Source of the DNA: an uncultured Candidatus Saccharibacteria bacterium
GTDB taxonomy: Bacteria > Patescibacteriota > Doudnabacteria > UBA920
Length of the DNA stretch: 39,785 nt
Assembly: GCA_964589415.1 (NCBI GenBank)
Contig: CAZPRQ010000003.1
Coordinates: 1-39,785, forward strand
Direction: 5' to 3'
Part shown: one piece after another, positions 8,400-16,552 of the stretch
Numbering within the stretch: position 1 is the stretch's first letter
Layout: each line of letters begins with the position of its first letter
Position numbers and translations under genes: made by a program
Notes under the pieces: generated by a model
Told to the model about the DNA's origin: nothing
Seen by the model: the letters and a program-made list of their open reading frames with translations, nothing else
The model's database searches: none

Positions 8400-8735
8400 A
8401 TGTTCCGATTAGTACTTTTTTTGATGACGTCCCTGTTACTGTTGTTGTATGCCGAAGCCGGCATAACGACCTTTGTAATTGAGACTAAAGCAAAGGGCAG
8501 GCACGGGGTTAGCATTGCCCAGGCCTACGTGCCCGGGGTGGAGGGACGCGAGATCCGCATCTCAGCCCACAGCAGTGAGGTATGCGGCACCAAAGCCGTA
8601 GTGCTGGTACCCAAAAAAGGGCAGCACGAGCTCGTAAACGGAGACTCTAAGGTAATTCCTTCCAAGTGTGAAGGGAAAACTTATAGAGTCACGGTGGATG
8701 CCAACCTGCTTTTGACCATTGCTGAGGAAAAGTAG
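8400..8735 (+). CDS. Small secreted hypothetical protein with a signal peptide and 2 Cys
   Basis: I prefer the internal ATG at 8400, which is preceded by GAAGGTGG, over the ORF-track start at 8325. The N-terminus MFRLVLFLMTSLLLLLYAEA is signal-peptide-like. I recognise no family. Confidence 0.5.
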   Translation: MFRLVLFLMTSLLLLLYAEAGITTFVIETKAKGRHGVSIAQAYVPGVEGREIRISAHSSEVCGTKAVVLVPKKGQHELVNGDSKVIPSKCEGKTYRVTVDANLLLTIAEEK

Positions 8736-8742
8736 GCACAAG

Positions 8743-9183
8743 ATGAGACTGATGATAACCTTAGGCTTGGCCGCCGCGGTTGCTCTGGCCGGATACTACC
8801 AAAAAACTGCCAGCTGGGAGCTTTCCCAGTATGACAGGAAAATGGGATCAATGGGCTTTGAAGCCAGAAGCAGGAGAGATGCGCTTCCGGGGACGGCCAT
8901 AATCCAGAGGGTGAACGGTGACATCTTGGCCCCAAATAAGGTCATCGTACACGCATGCCTTCCTGAACAGACCGCCTGCTATTGGGCAGAGGTAATGGAA
9001 ATGGCGGAGGGAAACCTGATGGGAGGCGGGGATTGGTACAACAAAAACAATAAAAAAATCAATCCACCAAAAGGCGGGGATCGACTTATCCAAGCCATTT
9101 CAACCTCCTGCGCCAAAGAATGGCCGGAATGGGCCAAGAGCGAGGTAAGGCCATATTTGGCCTATCTGGGAATTAACATCTGA
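8743..9183 (+). CDS. Small secreted or membrane-anchored hypothetical protein with 3 Cys
   Basis: The ATG at 8743 follows GAGGAAAAG. The N-terminus is MRLMITLGLAAAVALAG. I recognise no family. The ORF-track TTG start at 8719 would overlap the upstream gene. Confidence 0.5.
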   Translation: MRLMITLGLAAAVALAGYYQKTASWELSQYDRKMGSMGFEARSRRDALPGTAIIQRVNGDILAPNKVIVHACLPEQTACYWAEVMEMAEGNLMGGGDWYNKNNKKINPPKGGDRLIQAISTSCAKEWPEWAKSEVRPYLAYLGINI

Positions 9184-9188
9184 GCAGT

Positions 9189-9222
9189 ATCGGTTCGAGC
9201 GCAAGCCCGGACCGATTTTTTA
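9189..9222 (+). terminator. Intrinsic terminator
   Basis: ATCGGTTCG (9189-9197) pairs with CGGACCGAT (9208-9216, one G-U pair), followed by a T-run. Confidence 0.6.
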
Positions 9223-9333
9223 TTTTATAATACAATTCCAGGTAAGAGGTTTAGAAAATGAAAATTAATTTCCTAACATTTCTGTCCTTGGAAATTCAGC
9301 GCTAACTCAATCAAATTAAAAAATTCATGTAAA

Positions 9334-12300
9334 TCAAACCGTATCCACCTTCCGAATACCCTGCACGGTTTTCAATTCATTCATTAACCCGGGCACCAGG
9401 CTAACCAAGGTCTGGGTCTTAATACGCTTACTTTTTTGTCCGCCTCCAACCTGCAAATAGACCTGGGCATTGCCCGGATACTTTTCCAAAATATTTTTTA
9501 TGCTATTTAGTTCTTCCAAATTTGCCAAACTGTCCATGTAAAGCGTGACTGTCTTGTCTTTTTCTATTTCCGAAAGCGCCATGGCATATAGCTCGTCCGG
9601 GGGCAGTTCTTTAATTTCATCTGCTATTAGCTTTAAATCTTCTTCCTTTTCGGAAATGCGGCCAGAGACCTGGATAATTTTATCATCATTCATTAAATGC
9701 AAAACTTTTTCCATGGTTTTCGGAAATACCAGTACCTCAATACTGCCGGTTAAATCCTGCAAAGTGAAAAAAGCCATGGGATCGTTTTTTTTAGTTAATG
9801 TCCTTTTTAGCCTGGAAATTATGCCGCCCATGACCGCGTATGTGCCCAAATCGCCGGAATTTAAATCCTTCACATTTTTAAAATTCTTCAGCACTTGACG
9901 GTAACGGTCCAAAGGATGCGCGGTTACATACATGCCCAAATGCTCCTTTTCCCAGGCAAGCATTTCTTCCTGGCTTGCCGGCTGAACCTGCCTGAACTTT
10001 AATTTTCCCATTTGCATGCCTTTGCCGAAAAGGGAAGACTGTCCGCTATTTTCGTCGCGGAAATGTTCGCGTACAAACTCCAACACTTCCTCGGTATTGG
10101 CCAGCAATTGCCCGCGCTCCCCAAAACGGTCAAGCGCCCCGCCCTTAACCAAAGCTTCCCAGGACTTCTTATTAAAATTTTTGGTGTGGACCCTAATAAG
10201 AAAATCGGATAAATTTTCAAAGCTGCGCATGGGCTCTCCGCGGGCTTGAATAATTTTTTCAATCACATCTGAACCCAAATTTTTTATGGCATTTAGGCCG
10301 AAACGAATAGTTGTGTCGTCTACCACGGTAAAATCGCCGAACGACTCATTTACGTCTGGCGGCAAAACCTGAATGCCTAAATTTTTACATTCTTCCACGG
10401 CAGCATAAATTTTATCTTCATCTCCGGATTCCGCGGTCATTACCGCGCACATAAATTCCACCGGAAAATTTGCTTTCATGTAAGCAGTTTGGTAGGAAAC
10501 CATACTATAAGACGCGGCGTGAGCCCTGCCAAAACCATAGGCCGCGAAAGGCTCAATAACCGCGAACAGTTCCGCGGCTTTATCCGTACGCATCCCGCCC
10601 TTAACACAGCCGTCTATAAATTTCACCTTCTGCTTGGCCATTTCCTCGGGAATTTTTTTACCCATGGCTTTTCGCAATTTATCCGCTTCTTCCCAGGTAT
10701 AACCCGCAATATTCACCGCGGTCAGCAGTACGTCGTCTTGATACACCAACAAACCCAGGCTCCGCTCCGTATATTCCTTCATGCGCGGATCAAAATATTC
10801 CACTTTGGTTTTGCCGTGCTGCCTGGCAATATAGTCTGGAATAATACTCATAGGACCCGGACGGTATAAGGCAATCATAGCCATAATGTCAAAAATATCT
10901 TTCGGCTTAAGTTCCTTTAAATGTCTGGTCATACCGCTAGATGCCAATTGAAAAACGCCAAAAGTAAGTCCGTTGGCTAAAAGTTTAAATGTTTTTTCGT
11001 CCGGATGCGGCAAATTATAAATATCAATTTTTATATTATGCCGTTTTTGAGAACTTTGCACCGCGGCCTCCAAAATAGAAAGGTTCCGAATACCCAACAA
11101 GTCAATTTTTATTACCCCAATAGCTTTACTGGAAGCTCCGGCATCAAGCGCGTACATATCGTATTGAGTTATGAGCCGTTCACCGTCCGGCTCTTTCTGT
11201 AAAGGACAATACTCGGTAAGGGGAGTAGGGGTTATGGCAATAGCCGCGGCATGAATGGAAGCATGTCTCGCACAGCCTTCCAATTTCTTGGCAATCTCAA
11301 TTAACATTTTAGTGTCAGGATCTTGGTTATAAACTTGCTTAAGCTCGGGGTTCATTTCCACGGCTTTTTCCAAGGTCATATGAAAACCCTGTTTGCCAAT
11401 GGGGATCATTTTGGCAATTTGGTCGCATTTGGAATAGGGGACACCCAGTGCCCGCCCCACGTCCCGAACGGCCGCTCGCGCCATCATGGTACCAAAGGTA
11501 ATAATCTGAGCCACTTTGTCATGCCCATAAGCATTGGTTATCCATGCAATTACTTCATCCCGACGGTTATCTGAAATATCCAAATCTATATCTGGCGGGG
11601 TGGGTCGATATGGGTTCAAAAAACGTTCAAAAGGCAACTGATAATACAACGGATCCACGTGGCTTATGTTTAAAATTCGCCCCACAATGCTGCCGGCAGC
11701 GCTACCACGGGTGTTGGTAATGGCGCCTATGGAATGCGCGCCAGCCACAATATCGGCCACCATAAGGAAATAGTCGGAAAAACCCTTTTGAACAATTATA
11801 TCCAGCTCATAGTCTATGCGCTTAATAACACTCTCTGGCAAAACCCCGTCTTTGCCGTACAACTGCGGCGCCTTTTCAAATACCACTCTACGTAAATATT
11901 CAGTGGTACCCAAACCTTCGGGAATTTTTACTTTCGGAAAATATCTCTGGTCTATGGGTATGTCCACGTGGCAACGATCGCTTATAAGCGAAGAATTTTC
12001 CACGGCTTCCGGTACGTCGCTAAACAATTCCAACATGCGTTCGGTGGATTTTAACGACAAATCATACCCGCGCATATCCAATCTGTCCGGATCGTTTACC
12101 GTACGAGCAGTGCCAATACAAACCATAACATCTTGAGCTTCAGCATCCTCCGGGTATATATAATGACAATCGGCAGTGGCAATAAGTGGCAAATTGTTCT
12201 TCTTGGCTAATAGAATAAGCTTGTCATTTAACTCCCGCTCTTTAGGGTCAACACTTCGACTATTCCTCTGAATTTCTATAAATAAATTTTTAGGACCAAA

Positions 12301-12792
12301 AATGTCCAGATACTTATTCAAAATTTTCTGCGCTTCTATTTCGCTTTTGCTAGCCACAGCCCTTGCTATTTCACCTCGCATGCATCCGGATAAACAAATT
12401 AGGCCGGCGCTATGTTTTTTTAGCAGCTCCAAATCTATGCGCGGCTTATAGTAAAAGCCTTCTATATGGGCGGCGGTAGTCAGCGCTATTAAATTATGGT
12501 AGCCTTCATTATTTTCGGCCAGCAAAGTCAAATGAAAGTAATCGCTGTCTAACTTACCCTCTTTATCAAAGCGAGAGCGGGGAGCGACATAGGCCTCGAG
12601 GCCGATTATGGGTTTAATTCCTAAATCTTTGCAGGTTGTATAAAATTCTATGGCTCCATACATAACACCGTGGTCGGTCATGGCAACGCTGGTCATTCCC
12701 AATTCGCGCACACGTTCAACAAGCGGCTCAATTTTTGACAGGCCGTCAAGTAATGAAAAATGGGTATGGCAGTGTAGATGAGTAAAATTCAT
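9334..12792 (-). CDS. dnaE: DNA polymerase III alpha subunit
   Basis: The PHP domain start is MNFTHLHCHTHFSLLDG. The palm and fingers region and a C-terminal OB fold are present. I prefer the ATG at 12792 to the TTG at 12840. Confidence 0.9.
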   Translation of the reverse strand: MNFTHLHCHTHFSLLDGLSKIEPLVERVRELGMTSVAMTDHGVMYGAIEFYTTCKDLGIKPIIGLEAYVAPRSRFDKEGKLDSDYFHLTLLAENNEGYHNLIALTTAAHIEGFYYKPRIDLELLKKHSAGLICLSGCMRGEIARAVASKSEIEAQKILNKYLDIFGPKNLFIEIQRNSRSVDPKERELNDKLILLAKKNNLPLIATADCHYIYPEDAEAQDVMVCIGTARTVNDPDRLDMRGYDLSLKSTERMLELFSDVPEAVENSSLISDRCHVDIPIDQRYFPKVKIPEGLGTTEYLRRVVFEKAPQLYGKDGVLPESVIKRIDYELDIIVQKGFSDYFLMVADIVAGAHSIGAITNTRGSAAGSIVGRILNISHVDPLYYQLPFERFLNPYRPTPPDIDLDISDNRRDEVIAWITNAYGHDKVAQIITFGTMMARAAVRDVGRALGVPYSKCDQIAKMIPIGKQGFHMTLEKAVEMNPELKQVYNQDPDTKMLIEIAKKLEGCARHASIHAAAIAITPTPLTEYCPLQKEPDGERLITQYDMYALDAGASSKAIGVIKIDLLGIRNLSILEAAVQSSQKRHNIKIDIYNLPHPDEKTFKLLANGLTFGVFQLASSGMTRHLKELKPKDIFDIMAMIALYRPGPMSIIPDYIARQHGKTKVEYFDPRMKEYTERSLGLLVYQDDVLLTAVNIAGYTWEEADKLRKAMGKKIPEEMAKQKVKFIDGCVKGGMRTDKAAELFAVIEPFAAYGFGRAHAASYSMVSYQTAYMKANFPVEFMCAVMTAESGDEDKIYAAVEECKNLGIQVLPPDVNESFGDFTVVDDTTIRFGLNAIKNLGSDVIEKIIQARGEPMRSFENLSDFLIRVHTKNFNKKSWEALVKGGALDRFGERGQLLANTEEVLEFVREHFRDENSGQSSLFGKGMQMGKLKFRQVQPASQEEMLAWEKEHLGMYVTAHPLDRYRQVLKNFKNVKDLNSGDLGTYAVMGGIISRLKRTLTKKNDPMAFFTLQDLTGSIEVLVFPKTMEKVLHLMNDDKIIQVSGRISEKEEDLKLIADEIKELPPDELYAMALSEIEKDKTVTLYMDSLANLEELNSIKNILEKYPGNAQVYLQVGGGQKSKRIKTQTLVSLVPGLMNELKTVQGIRKVDTV

Positions 12793-12910
12793 TCGTTTCA
12801 AGATACGGCGGTTAAAGCAAATTTGTTCTTCTATTTGCAATCTCTGTTAATAAGCATACCAAAAAAATGTAACCTTTGCTATAATAAACTAAACATAAAA
12901 TTCAAATAAA

Positions 12911-13759
12911 ATGAGCTTATTTAAGGAAAAAATAGAATTAAAACTGGAAGAAGCCGAACTCAGGGCAAGTCAGGCTCTTTCTCATTATCCTCCAATTTTT
13001 CGCTATACTGCATTAACGCTTATAGCAATCATTATTCCCGCTTATTTTATTTTCCAATGGGTTGGACAAACACTGGAAAATAGACGCCTCAATCCGCAAC
13101 GACTATCCGCAAGGCAAAGCTTTAGCGAAAGCCACCCTTTGGAGCTCGAGCAAATACTATTGGTAAAAAATAATAACAACACCTATTCGGCTGCAGTACA
13201 AATAACAAATCCGAACAGGGAACTTTCTTTAAACGGCGCGGAGGCTTTATTTTATTTATACGACCAATCCGGAAACCAGACGGAAAAATTACCCATAAAA
13301 TTTTATATTTTGCCAAACCAAACCAAATGGTTGCTTGTCCCCAGGATAAGCGGGGACCAAACCTTAGTCAGCGCCAAGGTAAATTTCGAAGATCCTCTGC
13401 CCTGGATAAAACGTCAACAAATTCCTAACATCAGCATAATTGCAGGGCAAGCCACCATTGTAGAACAAGACCAACCCAAGGGACTCGCTACCCGAGGATC
13501 CATTACCAACGCCAGCAATTATCAAATAAAAGAAGCTGAAATTATATTTTTACTCTCAGACAAATCCGGCCAAATTGTTTCCATAAGCACGCGCACACTA
13601 AATGACTTAAGGCCGCAAGAAAGGCGCGATTATGTTCAACAATGGCCCGGGTTTTCCGGCAATGGCTATAACGTAGAGGTTTTGGCTTCAACCAATGCTT
13701 TAAACAGCCAAAACATAGCAATTCCCGACAGCATAACAGGTGGCGATCTTAACAGATAA
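12911..13759 (+). CDS. Hypothetical membrane-anchored protein
   Basis: 282-aa ORF with one N-terminal TM helix (YTALTLIAIIIPAYFIFQWV), preceded by TATAAT at about 12878. I recognise no family. Confidence 0.5.
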   Translation: MSLFKEKIELKLEEAELRASQALSHYPPIFRYTALTLIAIIIPAYFIFQWVGQTLENRRLNPQRLSARQSFSESHPLELEQILLVKNNNNTYSAAVQITNPNRELSLNGAEALFYLYDQSGNQTEKLPIKFYILPNQTKWLLVPRISGDQTLVSAKVNFEDPLPWIKRQQIPNISIIAGQATIVEQDQPKGLATRGSITNASNYQIKEAEIIFLLSDKSGQIVSISTRTLNDLRPQERRDYVQQWPGFSGNGYNVEVLASTNALNSQNIAIPDSITGGDLNR

Positions 13760-13789
13760 ACATACCGGTAAAAAAGCGCTTAAGGACTT

Positions 13790-14890
13790 ATGCTTAGTTT
13801 TTTTTCCAAATTAAAATATTTTGACATACCACTGCTAATTTCTACTTTACTGCTTTCCCTGGTGGGTCTGTCCATTTTATACAGTACTTCGCTTTCAACC
13901 GAATCTACTGCTATTTTTTGGCGCCAACTGACTTTTTGGGGTATTGGGGCAGTGGCTTTTTTCTTTTTTGCTTTTTTCGATTACCACCAAATGGCAAAAA
14001 TTAACCGGGCGGCCTATGTGCTGTTTATTGTTTTACTCGGTATTTTATTGGTTATTGGTTCCGACATTAGAGGCGGACGCCGCTGGTTCGATGTCGGCTT
14101 TTTTAGGTTCCAACCGGCTGAGTTCGTTAAGCTGGTGGTAATTTTAGGACTGGCAAGGCTGCTATACCTACAGCGTGGCGCCATTAACCACTGGAAGACT
14201 ATAATTATTTCCTTTTTATACGCGTTTATTCCTGCCGCCCTTGTACTGCTTGAACCGGACTTGGGCTCATCTCTTGTCCTAATAGGTATCTGGGCGGGAA
14301 TGATTTTTATTAGCCAAATAAAAAAAAGATATGTGGCTATAATAATTACTACGGGATTAATAATTGCGGGATTTAGCTGGCAATTTTTACTTAAAGATTT
14401 TCAGAAATCTCGCATTGAAGTATTTTTAAACCCTTCCCTCGACCCAAGGGGCAGGGGATACAATGTCAGGCAGGCGGCTATAGCTGTGGGCAGCGGACAA
14501 TGGTTTGGCAGGGGACTTGGCAAGGGGCTTCAAAGTCAAAACAAATTTCTTCCCGAACGGCAAACAGATTTTATTTTCGCGGCCAGCGCCGAGGAAATTG
14601 GTTTTTTTGGCATATCTGCTCTGCTTGCTCTTTTTTTCTTTTTATTTTCTCGCCTGTTAAAAATAATGCGAAAAGCCAAGGACGATTTGGGAATGTATAT
14701 TGTAGGCGGAGTCTTTTTTTTCCTGCTTATTCACGTGGTCATAAATATTGGTATGAATATAGGCATCTTGCCGGTAACGGGCATACCGCTGCCATTTATG
14801 AGCGCTGGTGGCAGCTCGCTATTTATTGTGCTTTGCAGCCTCGGCATTGTTCAAAATATAGCCATGGAATCTAAAGCTTTGAGATTTTAA
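13790..14890 (+). CDS. SEDS-family peptidoglycan glycosyltransferase (FtsW/RodA/SpoVE)
   Basis: About 10 TM helices. It has the motifs RWFDVGFFRFQPAEFVKL, PDLGSSL, LPERQTDFIFA and GILPVTGIPLPFMSAGGSS. Confidence 0.85.
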   Translation: MLSFFSKLKYFDIPLLISTLLLSLVGLSILYSTSLSTESTAIFWRQLTFWGIGAVAFFFFAFFDYHQMAKINRAAYVLFIVLLGILLVIGSDIRGGRRWFDVGFFRFQPAEFVKLVVILGLARLLYLQRGAINHWKTIIISFLYAFIPAALVLLEPDLGSSLVLIGIWAGMIFISQIKKRYVAIIITTGLIIAGFSWQFLLKDFQKSRIEVFLNPSLDPRGRGYNVRQAAIAVGSGQWFGRGLGKGLQSQNKFLPERQTDFIFAASAEEIGFFGISALLALFFFLFSRLLKIMRKAKDDLGMYIVGGVFFFLLIHVVINIGMNIGILPVTGIPLPFMSAGGSSLFIVLCSLGIVQNIAMESKALRF

Positions 14891-15035
14891 AATATATTTG
14901 GTATAATATCCATAGAAAGAAAATTTGGCATCCCGGCTTTATATGAAAATTTGTTTATAGCAGACAATTTAACCGGAAAACATCATATTTAAGCTAAATT
15001 GAATTTGTTATTCTCATAATCAGACAGTCAAACTT

Positions 15036-15395
15036 ATGAAAAACTTCGATCTAAAAAAAGTAATGGAATGGCTGGGATTTGTGCTGCGCTGCCCCATTTG
15101 CAGCTCCAAATATAAGCCCGAAAACGCCCGTATAATTGAGTCGGAAAACCACGAAGCCATTGGTGAAGCCAGGGTGCTAATTCATTCTGACTGCGTTAAA
15201 TGCAAAAGCTCGGTTATGTTTAACATTGAAATCCATGGTCCTGAAGTTTACAGCGTGGGAATGGTAACCGACCTAACCAAAAATGACAGCAAACGGTTTT
15301 CCAAACACACGCCCATAACGGTAAATGAAGTAATTGGCGTGCACAAGGAAATAAGATCGTTTGAAGGTGATTTTATAAATTTGTTCAAACAATAA
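15036..15395 (+). CDS. Hypothetical zinc-ribbon protein
   Basis: Cys pairs CPICSSKY ... CVKCKS. 119 aa. An upstream extended -10 element, TGGTATAAT, lies at 14899-14907. Confidence 0.5.
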   Translation: MKNFDLKKVMEWLGFVLRCPICSSKYKPENARIIESENHEAIGEARVLIHSDCVKCKSSVMFNIEIHGPEVYSVGMVTDLTKNDSKRFSKHTPITVNEVIGVHKEIRSFEGDFINLFKQ

Positions 15396-15518
15396 ATCTC
15401 CCCGCTCCGGGAATGAGAATGTTTAATGAAGGGGGGGGTTGACTTATTTAAACATTTATGTCACTATAATCGTATATGAAATTTAAGGCATTCCAAAACT
15501 CAGTATTTAATTGGTCCT

Positions 15519-15608
15519 GGACTTTGTAACCGCAAAGTCCTAACTTTGGTTTGTCTTTAAAAGATTTAACTCGAACAAACACCTTGGACTTTGCAGAGGT
15601 GTTTTTTT
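15519..15608 (+). promoter_or_regulatory. Structured leader, copy 1: P1 hairpin, P2 hairpin and a terminator whose loop is complementary to the P1 3' arm
   Basis: GGACTTTG (15519-15526) pairs with CAAAGTCC (15533-15540). GTTTGTC pairs with GAACAAAC (15549-15580). The terminator is ACACCT/GAGGTGT plus T7 (15579-15608), with loop GGACTTTGC (15586-15594). Confidence 0.45.
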
Positions 15609-15634
15609 ATTTGTAAATATTTAATAATAATTAT

Positions 15635-16327
15635 ATGAAAACTGTAGGTATAATTGGTGGTCTGGGACCTCAAACAACCTCTGAATTTTATTTAGAGCTG
15701 ATTTTCTCGTGCAAGCAATTAAATAAAATTAGCTATCCGCCTGTACTCATTAATAGCATTCCATTACCATTTAGTATCGAAAAGGATGCAATAGCAGATG
15801 GCCTTGGCGAAGAAAGGTGTTTGCCGTATTTGTTGAAAGTAGCAAAAAATTTAGAAAAAGCAGGCGCTGACTTTTTAGTCTTGCCCTGCAATTCTTTACA
15901 TGTGTTTATAAAGGATATTCGGCAAGCCGTTAAAATACCTGTCTTAAGTATTTTGGAAGAAACTTCCAAATTTCTTAAAAAACAAAACATACACAAAGTT
16001 GGAATTATTGCGACCCCAATAACGGTAAAAAATAGGCTGTATGAGAAACTTCTGAAAGCAAGCAGCATTATCCCGATTATTCCAGATAGTTTACAACAAG
16101 CTAAAATCGGTAAGCTCATACTTAACCTGGTCTCTAACCGCTATGATAATAAAGACAGGGTTATGTTGCTAAAAGTTATACAAGATTTTAGAAAAAAGAA
16201 AGTTAAAAACATTATATTAGCCTGCACGGATTTGCAATTGTTAATTCCCAAGCAGGATAACTTCAAAATATACGATACAATGAAAATCTTGCTTGATGCT
16301 ACTGTGAAAAAGGTAATTGGAATATGA
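15635..16327 (+). CDS. Aspartate/glutamate racemase family protein (aspartate racemase-like)
   Basis: N-terminal VGIIGGLGPQTTSEFY. The two catalytic-Cys contexts are LPCNSLH and LACTDL. 230 aa. Confidence 0.75.
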   Translation: MKTVGIIGGLGPQTTSEFYLELIFSCKQLNKISYPPVLINSIPLPFSIEKDAIADGLGEERCLPYLLKVAKNLEKAGADFLVLPCNSLHVFIKDIRQAVKIPVLSILEETSKFLKKQNIHKVGIIATPITVKNRLYEKLLKASSIIPIIPDSLQQAKIGKLILNLVSNRYDNKDRVMLLKVIQDFRKKKVKNIILACTDLQLLIPKQDNFKIYDTMKILLDATVKKVIGI

Positions 16328-16366
16328 AATATACATCACCATACAAATTAAACAACTCAACCTGGT

Positions 16367-16452
16367 GGGCTTTGCATTCTCGCAAAGTCCTAGGTTAATG
16401 TTGTCTTATTTTTTAAGAACAAGCACCTTCTGGATTTTGCAGAAGGTGTTTT
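16367..16452 (+). promoter_or_regulatory. Structured leader, copy 2, with the same architecture as 15519-15608
   Basis: GGGCTTTGC (16367-16375) pairs with GCAAAGTCC (16382-16390). TTGTCTTA pairs with TAAGAACAA. The terminator is CACCTTCT (16424-16431) with AGAAGGTG (16441-16448) plus TTTT, with loop GGATTTTGC (16432-16440). Confidence 0.45.
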
Positions 16453-16552
16453 ATTTTGTTGATTAATAATTTTTAAAAAGTTATTAGCCATCAACACGAA
16501 ACATCTTGAAGATGTTAGTGTTGAACATTCCAAATCAAACAGGAGGAATTAC

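Noticed and set aside
8681-9093. Minus-strand ORFs 8681-8935 and 8848-9093
   Set aside because: These are Pro/Ser/Arg-rich antisense frames, as expected in a GC-rich segment. The plus-strand ORFs have SD sequences, signal peptides, a promoter and a terminator.
14500-14874. 124-aa plus-strand ORF inside the SEDS gene, and similar nested ORFs inside prfA, dnaE and the dikinase-like gene
   Set aside because: These are alternative-frame or antisense ORFs lying wholly inside strongly supported genes. None has independent signals.
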